Virus record (IMG/VR): IMGVR_UViG_3300023179_000012
DNA from: a virus
Reading direction: 5' to 3' (one strand)
Length of the DNA stretch: 64,000 nt
In this document: in pieces, positions 34,154 to 45,410 of the stretch
Numbering within the stretch: position 1 is the first letter of the stretch
Layout of the letters: every line of letters begins with the position of its first letter
Translations under genes and position numbers: made by a program
The notes under the pieces: model-generated
What the model saw: only the letters and a program-made list of their open reading frames with translations
What the model was told of the DNA's origin: nothing
Database searches by the model: none

Positions 34154-36355
34154 ATGGCTAAAAAATATCCAAAAAGCGAAGCTATTAACGATGCAGAATT
34201 GGCCAATCAGGAAGCTTATGTTACTTGGGGAGATGATCTTCAAAGCAAACAAGACGCTTTAAAACAAACTTCTGGATGTTTAGAGGAATTTGGCCTTTAT
34301 CAAAGCACTGCTGGTTTTAGAAATCGCAGTAATGATTATAGCAATTTACTTCCTGGCGGTATTCACGGTAAACCCGGATTAACTCGACGAGGATACGATT
34401 ATTTTCGTCCAGACGAAGCTGTTCCAACAGAAATTAAATTAATTCTTAGAAGAGCAGATGATGTTTATCAAAGAGTAGGATTAGTAAAAAATGTTATCGA
34501 TCTTATGGCAGACTTTGCTGTTCAGGGAATCAAGCCGGTCCATAAAAACAAAAGAATAGAAAGATTCTATCGCAAATGGTTTAAGAAAGTTAATGGAAAA
34601 GAAAGAAGCGAAAGATTTCTTAATAATATCTATAGAGTAGCAAATGTTGTTATTAATAGACAAACAGCAAAAATTAGTTTAAAAACCGCTGATGAATTTT
34701 TTAGATCAACAGCAGCCGCTGATACCACAGAACAAGATGATAATATTGTTAATGTTGATAAAAGAGAAATTCCTTGGAGATATACTTTTATTGATCCTGT
34801 TTATGTGAATGTTTCAGCGGGATCACTATCCTCATTCGTTGGTCAGAAAAGATACGAACTTATGATACCAACAGCATTGAGAAGAATTATAACAGCTCCT
34901 AAAACAGATAATGAAAAAGCTATTATAGCAGGATTACCCGCACAGATTTTAGAAGCCGCTAAAGTAAAGAAGCCATATCCATTAGATCCACAAAAAACAC
35001 TAGTATTTCACTATAAGAAAGACGATTGGCAAAGTTGGGCCTATCCCATGATCTATAGCATTATGGATGATATTACAGTTATTGAAAAATTAAAACTTGC
35101 AGATATGTCCGCTTTAGATGGCGCTATCAGCAACATTAGAATTTTTAAGCTTGGTAATCTAGAACATAAAATTGCTCCTACCAAGGCTGCTGCTAGTAAA
35201 CTATCTAATATTTTACAAAACAATGTGGGAGGCGGCACACTAGATTTAGTTTGGGGACCAGATATTGAATTAATAGAGTCTCAAACTAATGTTCATCAAT
35301 TTCTTGGTGAAAGTAAATATATTCCACATATGAATAGTGTTTATGCAGGATTGGGAATTCCACCCACTCTTACTGGCACGTTTGGTGCTGCTGGTACAAC
35401 AAATAATTTCATTAGCTTAAAAACTCTGACACAAAGACTTCAATATGGTAGAGACACACTAATAACATTTTGGGAAAAAGAATTTGAACTAGTCCAAAAG
35501 GCTATGGGTTTTAAATATGCTGCTCGTTTAGAATTTGATAGAATGGATCTAAGTAATGAAGATGCTGAAAAAGCATTATTAATTCAACTAGCAGACAGAA
35601 ATATTATAAGCGATGAACTTATTCAAAGTAGATTTGGTTTTGATCCAGAAATGGAGAAAGTAAGACTAAACAGAGAAAGCAGAGAAAGAGATTCTAATCG
35701 CATGGTACCAAAAGCTGGGCCGTGGTATGATCCAATGTTTGAAGAGAGTCTTAAGAAGATAGCTCTACAAATTGGTTTAGTAACCCCGAGTCAGGTTGGA
35801 TTAGAACTCGAAAAGAAAAAAGGTGGCGAAAAAACAGCTTTGGAAATGAAAGTACCCTCGCTACCATTCGGTCAACAGCCAACCGTTAAAGATTCGCCAG
35901 AATCTTTAAAAGGAGAACCACAGCAAGGTCGCCCCAAAAATTCTAAAGATACCATAAAAAGAAAGCCCAAAAAATTTAGTCCACAGACCGGAGCAAAGTT
36001 ACAGATATGGGCCGATTCAGCCCAAGACACAATATCAGAATTGATGAATCCAATCTTGTTAGATTTTTATAGCAAGAAAAATATGAGGAGTTTATCAAGC
36101 GTTCAATATGATGAGGCAGAAGCCACGAAAACTAAAATCCTATTATCTGCATCACCTTTTGTTAATATTGATGATAGTTATATCTTAGATACCTTTAATA
36201 GTGTACAAAGTGCTAATATTAATGAGCTATATAATTATTATCTTCAATTTTTGAATGGTATGAAATCTAGTCTAGCCAGAGAATTAACAGTACAGGAATT
36301 AAAAAACATTAAATCCTATTTTTATTCTACGGTGTATGACACTTTAACCCAATGA
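34154..36355 (+). CDS. portal protein
   Basis: Follows TerL, 733 aa; IDLMADF..GI and DW..WAYP motifs. Confidence 0.8.
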   Translation: MAKKYPKSEAINDAELANQEAYVTWGDDLQSKQDALKQTSGCLEEFGLYQSTAGFRNRSNDYSNLLPGGIHGKPGLTRRGYDYFRPDEAVPTEIKLILRRADDVYQRVGLVKNVIDLMADFAVQGIKPVHKNKRIERFYRKWFKKVNGKERSERFLNNIYRVANVVINRQTAKISLKTADEFFRSTAAADTTEQDDNIVNVDKREIPWRYTFIDPVYVNVSAGSLSSFVGQKRYELMIPTALRRIITAPKTDNEKAIIAGLPAQILEAAKVKKPYPLDPQKTLVFHYKKDDWQSWAYPMIYSIMDDITVIEKLKLADMSALDGAISNIRIFKLGNLEHKIAPTKAAASKLSNILQNNVGGGTLDLVWGPDIELIESQTNVHQFLGESKYIPHMNSVYAGLGIPPTLTGTFGAAGTTNNFISLKTLTQRLQYGRDTLITFWEKEFELVQKAMGFKYAARLEFDRMDLSNEDAEKALLIQLADRNIISDELIQSRFGFDPEMEKVRLNRESRERDSNRMVPKAGPWYDPMFEESLKKIALQIGLVTPSQVGLELEKKKGGEKTALEMKVPSLPFGQQPTVKDSPESLKGEPQQGRPKNSKDTIKRKPKKFSPQTGAKLQIWADSAQDTISELMNPILLDFYSKKNMRSLSSVQYDEAEATKTKILLSASPFVNIDDSYILDTFNSVQSANINELYNYYLQFLNGMKSSLARELTVQELKNIKSYFYSTVYDTLTQ

Positions 36356-36364
36356 GATTAAAAT

Positions 36365-37885
36365 ATGATTATTTATAGTCAAGAAATTAAAGATGGATTA
36401 TTCCATCAAATACAATCACAAGCCAGTGTAACAACGGCTTCTGTTGCTTTTCCTGTTGAGGAAATTGGTAAACAGAATATTAAAAATATTAAAGCATTAG
36501 CCTCTTATGAGGATAGCGATCTTTATTATGTGCAATCGATTTTAGTAACATCATCTTGGAATAAAAATGATGATATATTTACTAAAGAAGAAGTTTGGGC
36601 AGCAAAAAATACTCCAGAAGACAAGCCCACCAACTTAGAACATGATGAAAATACTATTATTGGCCATATAGTTTCAAATTGGTCAATAACCGATGATGGT
36701 ATTCTTATTTCCGATTCGACTCCGGTAGAAAATTTACCAGAAAAATTTCATATAGTTACTGGATCAGTAATATACAAAGCGTATACTAATCCAGAACTAA
36801 AAGAGAGAACAGCTAAACTAATAGCGGAAATTGAAAATGGTAGTAAATATGTTAGTATGGAATGTATGTTTAAGGGATTTGATTATGGCTTAATTAATGA
36901 AGCTACTGGAGAATATAAAATATTATCTCGTTCAGAGAATACTGCCTTTTTAACAAAACACTTAAGAGCTTACGGCGGAAGTGGTAAATATCAAGATCAT
37001 AAAGTTGGTAGAGTTCTTAGAAGCATAACTTTTTCAGGTAAAGGTTATGTTGACAAACCAGCAAATCCAGATAGTATAATATTTAATAAAGAAAATTTTT
37101 CTGGCTTTTCTTATTTAAAAAATGCTGATAAATCTTTTTCGGGTGTATCAGATAGTAGACAAAATCCTATGGAGGTCAATAATATGAGTTTAGAAAAAGA
37201 AGTCGCTGAATTACAAGATAAGGTAGAAGCTATGAGCGATTGCGCTCAAGCTACCAAAGACGCATTTGCCCAGGTCAAAGAGCTACAAGACAAAATTGTT
37301 GCTTTAGAAACAGCAATTGCAGAAAAAGATAGTGAAATTGCTTCTAACAAAGCGGCTCTTGAAGAGTTGACCGCCCAAACTGAAGCTGCTAAAAAAATGA
37401 CTGAAGAAGAAATGATGAAAAAAGAAGAAGAGATGAAAAAAGCAAAATCAGATCTTGATGCTGCTTTAGAAACTGTTGCGGTCTATAAGAGTAAAGAAGA
37501 AGAGATGATGAAGAAAGAAAAGAAGATGAAAAGAATGGCAACTCTCATCGAAAATGGCTTGGATACCGAACTTGCCACAAGCACAGTTGATAAGTTCGAA
37601 AATCTAGATGATGCTTCTTTTGACAGCATGACAGAAGTTTTTGCTGCTATGATGCCAATGAAGAAAAAGAAAATGGAAGAAGAAGCAATGATTATGAAAA
37701 AAGTTAAGTCAAACGAAGAAACCGTTGCTGAAGAAGCACTAGAGAATGCCGAGCCAAGTAATGATATTGATCTAAGCGCTGGAAGTGATTCCAGTATTGC
37801 AGAAGAGGCTGTCAGTACAACTCGTGCAGCATTAGTTGATTTTGTATGTGCTAGACTAGGTAAAAAACTTACTAAGGGAGAATAA
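36365..37885 (+). CDS. prohead protease with C-terminal scaffold coiled coil
   Basis: NLEH...IGH, VSMEC, FSG.G.V.KPA.P.S; K/E-rich tail. Confidence 0.7.
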   Translation: MIIYSQEIKDGLFHQIQSQASVTTASVAFPVEEIGKQNIKNIKALASYEDSDLYYVQSILVTSSWNKNDDIFTKEEVWAAKNTPEDKPTNLEHDENTIIGHIVSNWSITDDGILISDSTPVENLPEKFHIVTGSVIYKAYTNPELKERTAKLIAEIENGSKYVSMECMFKGFDYGLINEATGEYKILSRSENTAFLTKHLRAYGGSGKYQDHKVGRVLRSITFSGKGYVDKPANPDSIIFNKENFSGFSYLKNADKSFSGVSDSRQNPMEVNNMSLEKEVAELQDKVEAMSDCAQATKDAFAQVKELQDKIVALETAIAEKDSEIASNKAALEELTAQTEAAKKMTEEEMMKKEEEMKKAKSDLDAALETVAVYKSKEEEMMKKEKKMKRMATLIENGLDTELATSTVDKFENLDDASFDSMTEVFAAMMPMKKKKMEEEAMIMKKVKSNEETVAEEALENAEPSNDIDLSAGSDSSIAEEAVSTTRAALVDFVCARLGKKLTKGE

Positions 37886-37889
37886 TAAC

Positions 37890-38354
37890 ATGGCTCTTAA
37901 ATCAGATCGTATCGAACTTTTAACTGATATTTCATTTTTCATGAACACAATAGCAGAACGCGGCGGCGTTGCCGGTATTGCTGTTAGTGGAACAGCTGGT
38001 TCTGGTGTTTCTATGGATGATGCCAATGCTGTTGTTGCTTATGTAGCAGCCGTATCAGGCACACGTCCAATCGGTGTTCTACTTAACGATGTTGTTAGTC
38101 TTGATCTGACAAGACAACACATCAACTGGCACAAAGATGAGGTGCAAGTTGGTGGTAAGGTAACACTACTACGAAACGGTCAAGTAACAACAAATCGTCT
38201 CGTATCTGGTATTACTCCAACAGCAGGCACTCCAGCATATGTTGGTGCTAGTGGCCTAGTTGGTACAAGTAGTACAAATGCTGTTCAAATCGGCACGTTC
38301 CTTAGTGGTAAGGACGCCGATGGTTACGCCAAAGTATCCGTCAATATCGCTTAA
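37890..38354 (+). CDS. head decoration/cement protein
   Basis: Small beta-rich ORF between scaffold and capsid. Confidence 0.55.
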   Translation: MALKSDRIELLTDISFFMNTIAERGGVAGIAVSGTAGSGVSMDDANAVVAYVAAVSGTRPIGVLLNDVVSLDLTRQHINWHKDEVQVGGKVTLLRNGQVTTNRLVSGITPTAGTPAYVGASGLVGTSSTNAVQIGTFLSGKDADGYAKVSVNIA

Positions 38355-38372
38355 TTAAGGGAGAAAAATAAC

Positions 38373-39374
38373 ATGAGTAAAGCTTTTGTTCCAACTCCAG
38401 AACTTTCTGAACTTTTAGTTCGTTCTGGTTCATTAAATAAAGAGGAAGCTCTAGGTGCTAACGCAGAATTTGCCAAAGCTCTAGAACTACCACTTCGTCA
38501 GGGCATTCTAAATGGCGATATTCTAGATGGCATCTTTGAGCCAATTGCATTGAGCCAAGGCGCTACTCCAGAATTCCCATTAGATTTTATCGCCCCAGGT
38601 ACCGAGAAGGATTTTGTGGCCTACACAATTCCTAATCACGGTTATATTCCAGAGCGTCACGTTGAAGGCGATTATGTCATGGTTCCAACCTTTGACATTG
38701 GTGCCAGTATTGATTATCTTCTAAAGTATGCCCGCGATGCCCGTTGGGACGTTGTTGGTCGTGCTATGGAAGTAATGGAAGCTCAATTCGTTAAGAAGAT
38801 GAACGATGACGGCTGGCACACACTTTTAGCCGCTGGTGTTGATCGCAATATCGTCGTGTTCGATAGCGATGCTAACGCTGGTCAATTCACCAAGCGTCTT
38901 GTTAGTCTCATGAAGACCGTTATGCGTAGAAACGGTGGTGGTAACTCGGCTAGTAATAATCGTGGTATGCTAACTGATCTCTACGTTAGTCCAGAAGCGA
39001 TGGAAGATATTCGTAACTGGGGTCTTGACCAAGTTGACGAAGTAACTCGTAGAGAAATCTATGTTGCTGCTGATGGTACTCTTAACAGAGTATTTGGTGT
39101 TAACCTTCATGATCGTGACGAACTTGGAGAAAGTCAAGAGTATCAACTATTCTATGCAAACACACTATCTGGTACTCTACCAGCCAGTGACTATGAATTA
39201 GTAGTTGGTCTTGATCTTCGCAAGAGAGACAGTTTCATAATGCCAGTTCGCCAAGAAGTTCAAATCTTCGAAGACGATACACTACATCGTCAAAAGAGAG
39301 CTGGTTTCTATGGTTGGGCTGAACAAGGCTTTGCTGTTCTCGACAATCGTAGAGTACTCCTTGGTTCTCTCTAA
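38373..39374 (+). CDS. major capsid protein
   Basis: Size, position, low AT-bias codons, strong terminator downstream. Confidence 0.8.
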   Translation: MSKAFVPTPELSELLVRSGSLNKEEALGANAEFAKALELPLRQGILNGDILDGIFEPIALSQGATPEFPLDFIAPGTEKDFVAYTIPNHGYIPERHVEGDYVMVPTFDIGASIDYLLKYARDARWDVVGRAMEVMEAQFVKKMNDDGWHTLLAAGVDRNIVVFDSDANAGQFTKRLVSLMKTVMRRNGGGNSASNNRGMLTDLYVSPEAMEDIRNWGLDQVDEVTRREIYVAADGTLNRVFGVNLHDRDELGESQEYQLFYANTLSGTLPASDYELVVGLDLRKRDSFIMPVRQEVQIFEDDTLHRQKRAGFYGWAEQGFAVLDNRRVLLGSL

Positions 39375-39402
39375 TTTAGAGATAACGGATACAATCAAAA
39401 CT

Positions 39403-39430
39403 AGCCGTTCCTTTGGGGGCGGCTTTTTTT
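39403..39430 (+). terminator. intrinsic terminator
   Basis: AGCCGTTCC-TTT-GGGGGCGGCT plus T7. Confidence 0.85.
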
Positions 39431-39479
39431 GTTTATTAGGTGTATAGTATTTATATACAACAAAATATGAGGATACAAT

Positions 39480-40001
39480 ATGTCATGGCAAACAGAGTTG
39501 ACCGCAATGGTAAGAACTTTAATTAACGATGCCACAAAACCATATCAATTTAGTGATGATAGAATCATACAAACTATATTAGTGGCTGGTAAATATCTTC
39601 AATTTGATGTTGTATTGGATCGTGCGTATACAATAAATGTTATTAATAAGACTATTACTCCAGATCCTACAGTTGATGATGATGAAATTTTTATTATATT
39701 AGCCTCATTGAAAGCAGCCTGTTTAGTTGATCAAGGAATCCTGCGAACAAAAGCGGCTATGGAAGGCATTAGAGCCTCTCTTGGGCCTGCTAGTTTAAGT
39801 GTTGGCGGCTCTGCTGCTGGATGGGCTATGATTTTAGAACACGGACCATGTAAACTATATGATGATCTAGTTGAGCATTGGGATGTTTCTAATGCTAGTG
39901 CTATTGCGGCTGTGCTTGGTCCATTTAGTGGTAATAAGTTTGATCCTGAATTTCAACACGATAGAAGTAGAAATAGCGACAGAAACGGTTTTTATTATTA
40001 A
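39480..40001 (+). CDS. head-tail adaptor/connector
   Basis: Position after capsid; VRTLIND...FSDD.I pattern. Confidence 0.55.
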   Translation: MSWQTELTAMVRTLINDATKPYQFSDDRIIQTILVAGKYLQFDVVLDRAYTINVINKTITPDPTVDDDEIFIILASLKAACLVDQGILRTKAAMEGIRASLGPASLSVGGSAAGWAMILEHGPCKLYDDLVEHWDVSNASAIAAVLGPFSGNKFDPEFQHDRSRNSDRNGFYY

Positions 40002-40013
40002 TGGAGAAATAAT

Positions 40014-40418
40014 ATGCCAGCAGGAAATTATAATTTTACTATAGAACAAGGGGCCTCTTTTGGTCTTAGCTTAACATATGCGGATTCTAGTGGAGTACCA
40101 ATAAATCTATCCGGATTCCAGTGTGCTAGAATGCAGTGGAACGCAAATAATAATAATACATATCAATTTACTACTACTAATACAAATAGTGGTTTATATT
40201 TGTTTCAATTTGGATCACCATTAAGTAGTGGTATTATTAATTTTAAATTACCAGCTAGTATCACAGCAGGATACGACTTCACATCGGCTAATTATGATAT
40301 GGAATTAGAATCTTATGCTGTATTTTATAGTGGCGGAGGTCCGCAAGTTATAAGATTATTACAAGGCACAATTACTGTAGAACCTGAGATTACGAAAATT
40401 AATTGTGCTGGTGCTTGA
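40014..40418 (+). CDS. BppU-like structural protein
   Basis: NFTIEQGASF..INLSG..ARMQ..YDMEL..RLLQGTITV. Confidence 0.55.
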   Translation: MPAGNYNFTIEQGASFGLSLTYADSSGVPINLSGFQCARMQWNANNNNTYQFTTTNTNSGLYLFQFGSPLSSGIINFKLPASITAGYDFTSANYDMELESYAVFYSGGGPQVIRLLQGTITVEPEITKINCAGA

Positions 40419-43400
40419 TGAGTACTATTACGATAGTAACGCTTAATGGTGAAACACACACAATAAATATTGATCAACCAAACTCAAATAATCTTGAGGT
40501 TGCAGAAGGTATTGGGTCAACTCATAATGTGTCTGTTTCTGAACTTGGCTCTGAAAGCCAAAATATATCATTAGATGATGCGGAAATTAATGTTGTTACT
40601 ATACAACCAACAGAATCATCAACAATATCTGTTGCTACTACAGACATATCTAATTCTGTAGTAACAATTAACGAAGGACAACAAGGTCCTCCTGGAGCGG
40701 GCGCTCAAGGCATACAAGGTATACAGGGTCCTCAAGGAACAACTGGAATACAAGGATTTTATGGTATTCAAGGTGTTCAAGGAGTTCAAGGTCGTCAAGG
40801 GACTCAGGGAATCCAGGGGACTCAAGGAACTCAAGGAATTCAAGGAATTCAAGGGGTCCAAGGAACTCAAGGAGTACAAGGAAACCAAGGAACACAAGGT
40901 ACTCAAGGTGTCCAAGGCTCTCTTGGCATACAAGGCATCCAGGGAATACAAGGTGTTCAAGGTCGTCAAGGGACTCAGGGAATCCAGGGGACTCAAGGAA
41001 CTCAAGGAATTCAAGGAATCCAAGGAGCTCAAGGAATTCAGGGCAATACTGGTACTCAAGGATCTGTGGGAATTCAAGGAACACAAGGTGTCCAAGGAAA
41101 TATTGGAGCACAAGGTGCTCAAGGCAACCAAGGTATTCAGGGTGTTCTTGGTAACCAAGGAACACAAGGTACTCAAGGCAATCAGGGCACACAGGGAATC
41201 CAAGGTATATTTGGTATACAAGGAACTCAAGGAGTTCAAGGTAATCAAGGTACCCAAGGTATTCAAGGAACCACAGGTATACAAGGATCATTAGGTACTC
41301 AAGGAACACAAGGTATCCAAGGAGTTCAAGGTATCCAAGGAAATCAAGGCACTCAGGGTTTATTAGGTATACAAGGAAATCAGGGGACCCAAGGTACTCA
41401 AGGTACGCAAGGTATTACTGGTTCTCAGGGAACAACAGGAACTCAGGGATTAACCGGCTCTCAGGGCACACAAGGAACTCAAGGTATACAGGGTAGCACA
41501 GGTACTCAAGGAACTCAAGGCATCCAGGGAAACCAGGGAACACAAGGAACTCAGGGAACACAAGGTTTACAAGGAACTCAAGGTTTACAAGGAACTCAAG
41601 GTTTACAAGGAACTCAAGGTTTACAAGGAACAACTGGCTCCCAAGGAGCTCAAGGACTGCAAGGAACAACCGGTAGCCAGGGAACACAAGGTCTACAGGG
41701 AACAACTGGTGGTCAAGGAACACAAGGCTTGCAAGGTTTACAAGGACTGCAAGGAACTCAAGGTCTACAGGGAACAACTGGTAGTCAGGGAACTCAAGGA
41801 CTGCAAGGAACACAAGGTCTACAGGGAATCCAAGGAACTCAGGGAACACAAGGTCTACAGGGAACGCAAGGTCTACAAGGCTTGCAGGGAACAACTGGTA
41901 GTCAAGGAACTCAAGGACTACAAGGCTTGCAAGGCTTACAGGGAACAACTGGTAGTCAAGGAACTCAAGGACTACAAGGAACTCAAGGTATTCAAGGCAA
42001 TCAAGGTATACAAGGTATTACTGGTAGTCAAGGTTCAACGGGTAGTCAGGGAAGTACAGGATCTCAAGGAGGTACTGGAAGTCAAGGATTTACAGGTAGT
42101 CAAGGTACTACAGGAAATCAAGGCAGTGTCGGAAGTCAAGGTACTACGGGATCACAAGGAATAACTGGAAGTCAAGGAACCCAAGGCATTCAAGGGACAC
42201 AGGGGATTCAAGGTAACACTGGTACAAATGGTAGTCAGGGAACTCAGGGAATACAGGGTAATGCTGGTTCTAATGGAAGTCAAGGTACTCAAGGACCGCA
42301 AGGAACAACTGGTAGCCAAGGTACTCAAGGAACTCAGGGCACTCAAGCAACAATAACAATTACCAGCACCAATAATACAAGTATTGGTAGTGTTGGTGGA
42401 GCGGCAGTTTTTACTTATTCTAATACGCCAAGTATTGGATTTGCTGTTGGCCAAAGAATAAGAGCTGCTGTAACAGCAAGTCCCACAACTAACTATATGG
42501 AAGGTATTATAACATTTGTTAGTTCTAGTAGTGTTACTTTTACTATTGATATTAGTGCCGGTAGTGGTAGTTATAGTGCTTGGACTCTATCAATCACTGG
42601 ACAAAGAGGCATACAAGGTATCCAAGGTAATCAGGGATTAGTAGGTTATTCTGGTAGTACTGGTAGTACTGGAAACCAAGGTACACAAGGTATTCAAGGA
42701 GTTCAAGGAACTCAGGGATTACAAGGTTATTTTGGTATTACTGGAAACCAAGGTATTCAAGGCATACAAGGTTATTTTGGTAATCAGGGTCTTCAAGGCA
42801 TACAAGGTTTCGACGGATTACAAGGACTACAAGGCATACAGGGAAACCAAGGTACTTCTGGCACCAATGGTAGTCAAGGCGTTCAGGGTCTTCAAGGTAG
42901 ACAAGGAACTCAGGGTATAACTGGAAGTCAAGGAGCATCGGGTAGTAACGGTAGTCAGGGTACTCAAGGAATAACTGGTCCGGTTGCTGGTAGTGCTAAT
43001 CAAGTTGTATATAAGAATGGTAGTAATATTGCTTCTGGTACTTCAGTATTCACATTTACTGATACTACAAATACTCTAGCTATTCAAAATATTAGCATAA
43101 CAACTAACACAATTGGTGCTACTAATACTAATGGTAAACTAATTCTTGCTCCTAATGGAACCGGAGCGTTACAAAGAGATGGTGATGGAAACGCACGAGG
43201 ACAATATGCTGTGGATTGGCAAACGGTTCGATCTACTGGAACTATGGTTGCTGGTGCTAATTATAGTGTTATTGGCGGTGGGCAGAATAACTCAATAATA
43301 TCAGGAAGTGAATATAGTGTCATAGGAGGAGGAAACAACAATAATATTATTGCTTCTGGTACGAGTTATAATAATGTTATAGGCGGTGGAATTGGTAATA

Positions 43401-44560
43401 ATATTAGTGGTTCTGGTATAAATGATCGTAATGTTATAGGCGGTGGAGCTAGCAATAATATAATTGGAACACATAGTTATTATTGTACAATAGGTGGAGG
43501 AGGTAATAATACTATAAGTGGATTCTATAGTTACCGCAGTACTATATGCGGTGGATATAATAATCAAATTACTGGATACTATACCTATTATAGTACCATA
43601 TGTGGTGGATATCATAACTCCATATCAGGACAATCTTCTTACCATGGTAGTATAGGCGGAGGTTATAATAATACTATAGGTGGATCAAATAGTACTTATT
43701 GTACAATAGGCGGAGGAAATAATCATGTTATAAGTGGAGATCAAAGTTATAATAGTACTATAGGTGGCGGAACATCTAATACTATAACTGGAGAATACTC
43801 TTACTATAGTACTATAGATGGTGGATCAAATAATACCATAAGCGGATATGAGTGTTATTTTAGCACAATAGGTGGAGGAGGTAATAATACTATAAGTGGA
43901 TATTTTAGTAATAGTAGCACAATAGGTGGTGGACGTTTTAATACTGTGGTAGGAACTAATAGTCAGTATAGCACAATAGGTGGCGGAAATAATAATACTG
44001 TGAGCGGAAGTAGTAGTATGTTTAGTACAATAGGTGGCGGATATAATAATGCTGTGAGCGGAAGTAGTAGTATGTTTAGTACCATACCTGGCGGAAGGGA
44101 AGCAGCAACCACAAGATACGGTGAATTGTCTCATGCCGCAGGTCGATTTTCTTCTAATGGTGATGCTCAACACACAATCCTCATCGCTAGAAAAACAACA
44201 TCAAATAATACAGCAAATCAAATTCTTTATTTAGATAATAGCGGCGCAATGCTTATATTACCAGCTAAAACAAGTTGGACATTTGAAATTAAATTAAGTG
44301 CATATAATGATACTGATAGTGCAGCAGCTGGATGGATATTCAGAGGTGTTATAAGACGTAACGGAAGTAATGGAACAGCACTAGTTGGTAGTTTAATAGA
44401 AGAAAACTGGAAAGATACAGCCATGAATAGCACAAGTGCCAGTGTGGTTGCTGATGATACTAATGAAGCTTTGCAAATTAGAGTAACTGGATTAACTAGT
44501 AAAAATATAAGATGGGTTGCGGTTGTGGATATTAGTCAAGTTAGTTATGGCACACCATAG
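40418..44560 (+). CDS. collagen-like (Gly-X-Gln) fibre protein with beta-helical repeat head
   Basis: About 185 + 42 GXY triplets; STIGGGxNNxIxG repeats. Confidence 0.85.
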   Translation: MSTITIVTLNGETHTINIDQPNSNNLEVAEGIGSTHNVSVSELGSESQNISLDDAEINVVTIQPTESSTISVATTDISNSVVTINEGQQGPPGAGAQGIQGIQGPQGTTGIQGFYGIQGVQGVQGRQGTQGIQGTQGTQGIQGIQGVQGTQGVQGNQGTQGTQGVQGSLGIQGIQGIQGVQGRQGTQGIQGTQGTQGIQGIQGAQGIQGNTGTQGSVGIQGTQGVQGNIGAQGAQGNQGIQGVLGNQGTQGTQGNQGTQGIQGIFGIQGTQGVQGNQGTQGIQGTTGIQGSLGTQGTQGIQGVQGIQGNQGTQGLLGIQGNQGTQGTQGTQGITGSQGTTGTQGLTGSQGTQGTQGIQGSTGTQGTQGIQGNQGTQGTQGTQGLQGTQGLQGTQGLQGTQGLQGTTGSQGAQGLQGTTGSQGTQGLQGTTGGQGTQGLQGLQGLQGTQGLQGTTGSQGTQGLQGTQGLQGIQGTQGTQGLQGTQGLQGLQGTTGSQGTQGLQGLQGLQGTTGSQGTQGLQGTQGIQGNQGIQGITGSQGSTGSQGSTGSQGGTGSQGFTGSQGTTGNQGSVGSQGTTGSQGITGSQGTQGIQGTQGIQGNTGTNGSQGTQGIQGNAGSNGSQGTQGPQGTTGSQGTQGTQGTQATITITSTNNTSIGSVGGAAVFTYSNTPSIGFAVGQRIRAAVTASPTTNYMEGIITFVSSSSVTFTIDISAGSGSYSAWTLSITGQRGIQGIQGNQGLVGYSGSTGSTGNQGTQGIQGVQGTQGLQGYFGITGNQGIQGIQGYFGNQGLQGIQGFDGLQGLQGIQGNQGTSGTNGSQGVQGLQGRQGTQGITGSQGASGSNGSQGTQGITGPVAGSANQVVYKNGSNIASGTSVFTFTDTTNTLAIQNISITTNTIGATNTNGKLILAPNGTGALQRDGDGNARGQYAVDWQTVRSTGTMVAGANYSVIGGGQNNSIISGSEYSVIGGGNNNNIIASGTSYNNVIGGGIGNNISGSGINDRNVIGGGASNNIIGTHSYYCTIGGGGNNTISGFYSYRSTICGGYNNQITGYYTYYSTICGGYHNSISGQSSYHGSIGGGYNNTIGGSNSTYCTIGGGNNHVISGDQSYNSTIGGGTSNTITGEYSYYSTIDGGSNNTISGYECYFSTIGGGGNNTISGYFSNSSTIGGGRFNTVVGTNSQYSTIGGGNNNTVSGSSSMFSTIGGGYNNAVSGSSSMFSTIPGGREAATTRYGELSHAAGRFSSNGDAQHTILIARKTTSNNTANQILYLDNSGAMLILPAKTSWTFEIKLSAYNDTDSAAAGWIFRGVIRRNGSNGTALVGSLIEENWKDTAMNSTSASVVADDTNEALQIRVTGLTSKNIRWVAVVDISQVSYGTP

Positions 44561-44608
44561 ATCTATTGAGTATAATAGATCAAGGACAAGAAATAACAGG
44601 AGAAAAAC

Positions 44609-45409
44609 GTGAAAAAGTTCTTTTTTATTAGCGGACTTCCGCGTTCAGGAAGCACATTACTTTGTAATATCTTAGCTCAAAATAATGATTTATTTATTAG
44701 TAAAGCTACTAGTGGATGTCATGATGTTTTATTTGGAATTAGAAATCAATGGGATAAATTAATTGAACATCAAGCTGAAGGAGTAGATTATAATCAATTA
44801 AAAAGAGTATTAAATTCTATATTAAATAGTTATCATTCAACAGATAAAAGTATTATTATTGATAAAGGTAGAGGATGGCTTTCTTTGATAGAAATGGTTG
44901 AGTTCATAACCGGTGCTACTCCAAAAATTATAGTTCCTGTGCGAAATATTACAGAAATATTAAGTAGTTTTGAAAAACTATGGAAAAAAAGTACCGGTCA
45001 AAGTCAGTGGAACTTTGAACAAAACGATTATTTAAAAGCTCAGACTGTTGAAGGTAGGTGTGAAATATGGGCTAGTGCTGGCCAACCGGTGGGAATAGCA
45101 TATAATAGAGTAAAAGATGCTATTAGTAGAGGCTATCAAAATAATCTTCTTTTTGTCGAATTTGACCAATTAACTAGCCAGCCAGCTCAGACCCTAAAAA
45201 TGGTGTATGATTATTTACAACTACCCTACTATCAGCATAATTTTAATAATGTAGAACAATACACACAAGAGGATGATGAAGGAATCCACAGAATCCCCAA
45301 TTTGCATAAAATAAAACCAGTTGTTGTTCCTGTTCCTCATGATAGCAATAAAATATTAGGTAAATTTTTAGTAGATAAATATAGTAATTTAGAATTATGG
45401 AGAAAATAA
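44609..45409 (+). CDS. sulfotransferase family protein
   Basis: 5'-PSB motif ISGLPRSGSTLL; 3'-PB VRNITEILSS. Confidence 0.85.
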   Translation: MKKFFFISGLPRSGSTLLCNILAQNNDLFISKATSGCHDVLFGIRNQWDKLIEHQAEGVDYNQLKRVLNSILNSYHSTDKSIIIDKGRGWLSLIEMVEFITGATPKIIVPVRNITEILSSFEKLWKKSTGQSQWNFEQNDYLKAQTVEGRCEIWASAGQPVGIAYNRVKDAISRGYQNNLLFVEFDQLTSQPAQTLKMVYDYLQLPYYQHNFNNVEQYTQEDDEGIHRIPNLHKIKPVVVPVPHDSNKILGKFLVDKYSNLELWRK

Positions 45410-45410
45410 A

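Noticed and set aside
40619-42938. Long alternative-frame and antisense ORFs over the collagen gene
   Set aside because: By-products of the triplet repeat (LEF/LNS/KEL patterns)
43250-44100. Diversity-generating retroelement template/variable repeats
   Set aside because: Repeats are in-frame beta-helix units; no adenine-specific mismatch pair or reverse transcriptase seen
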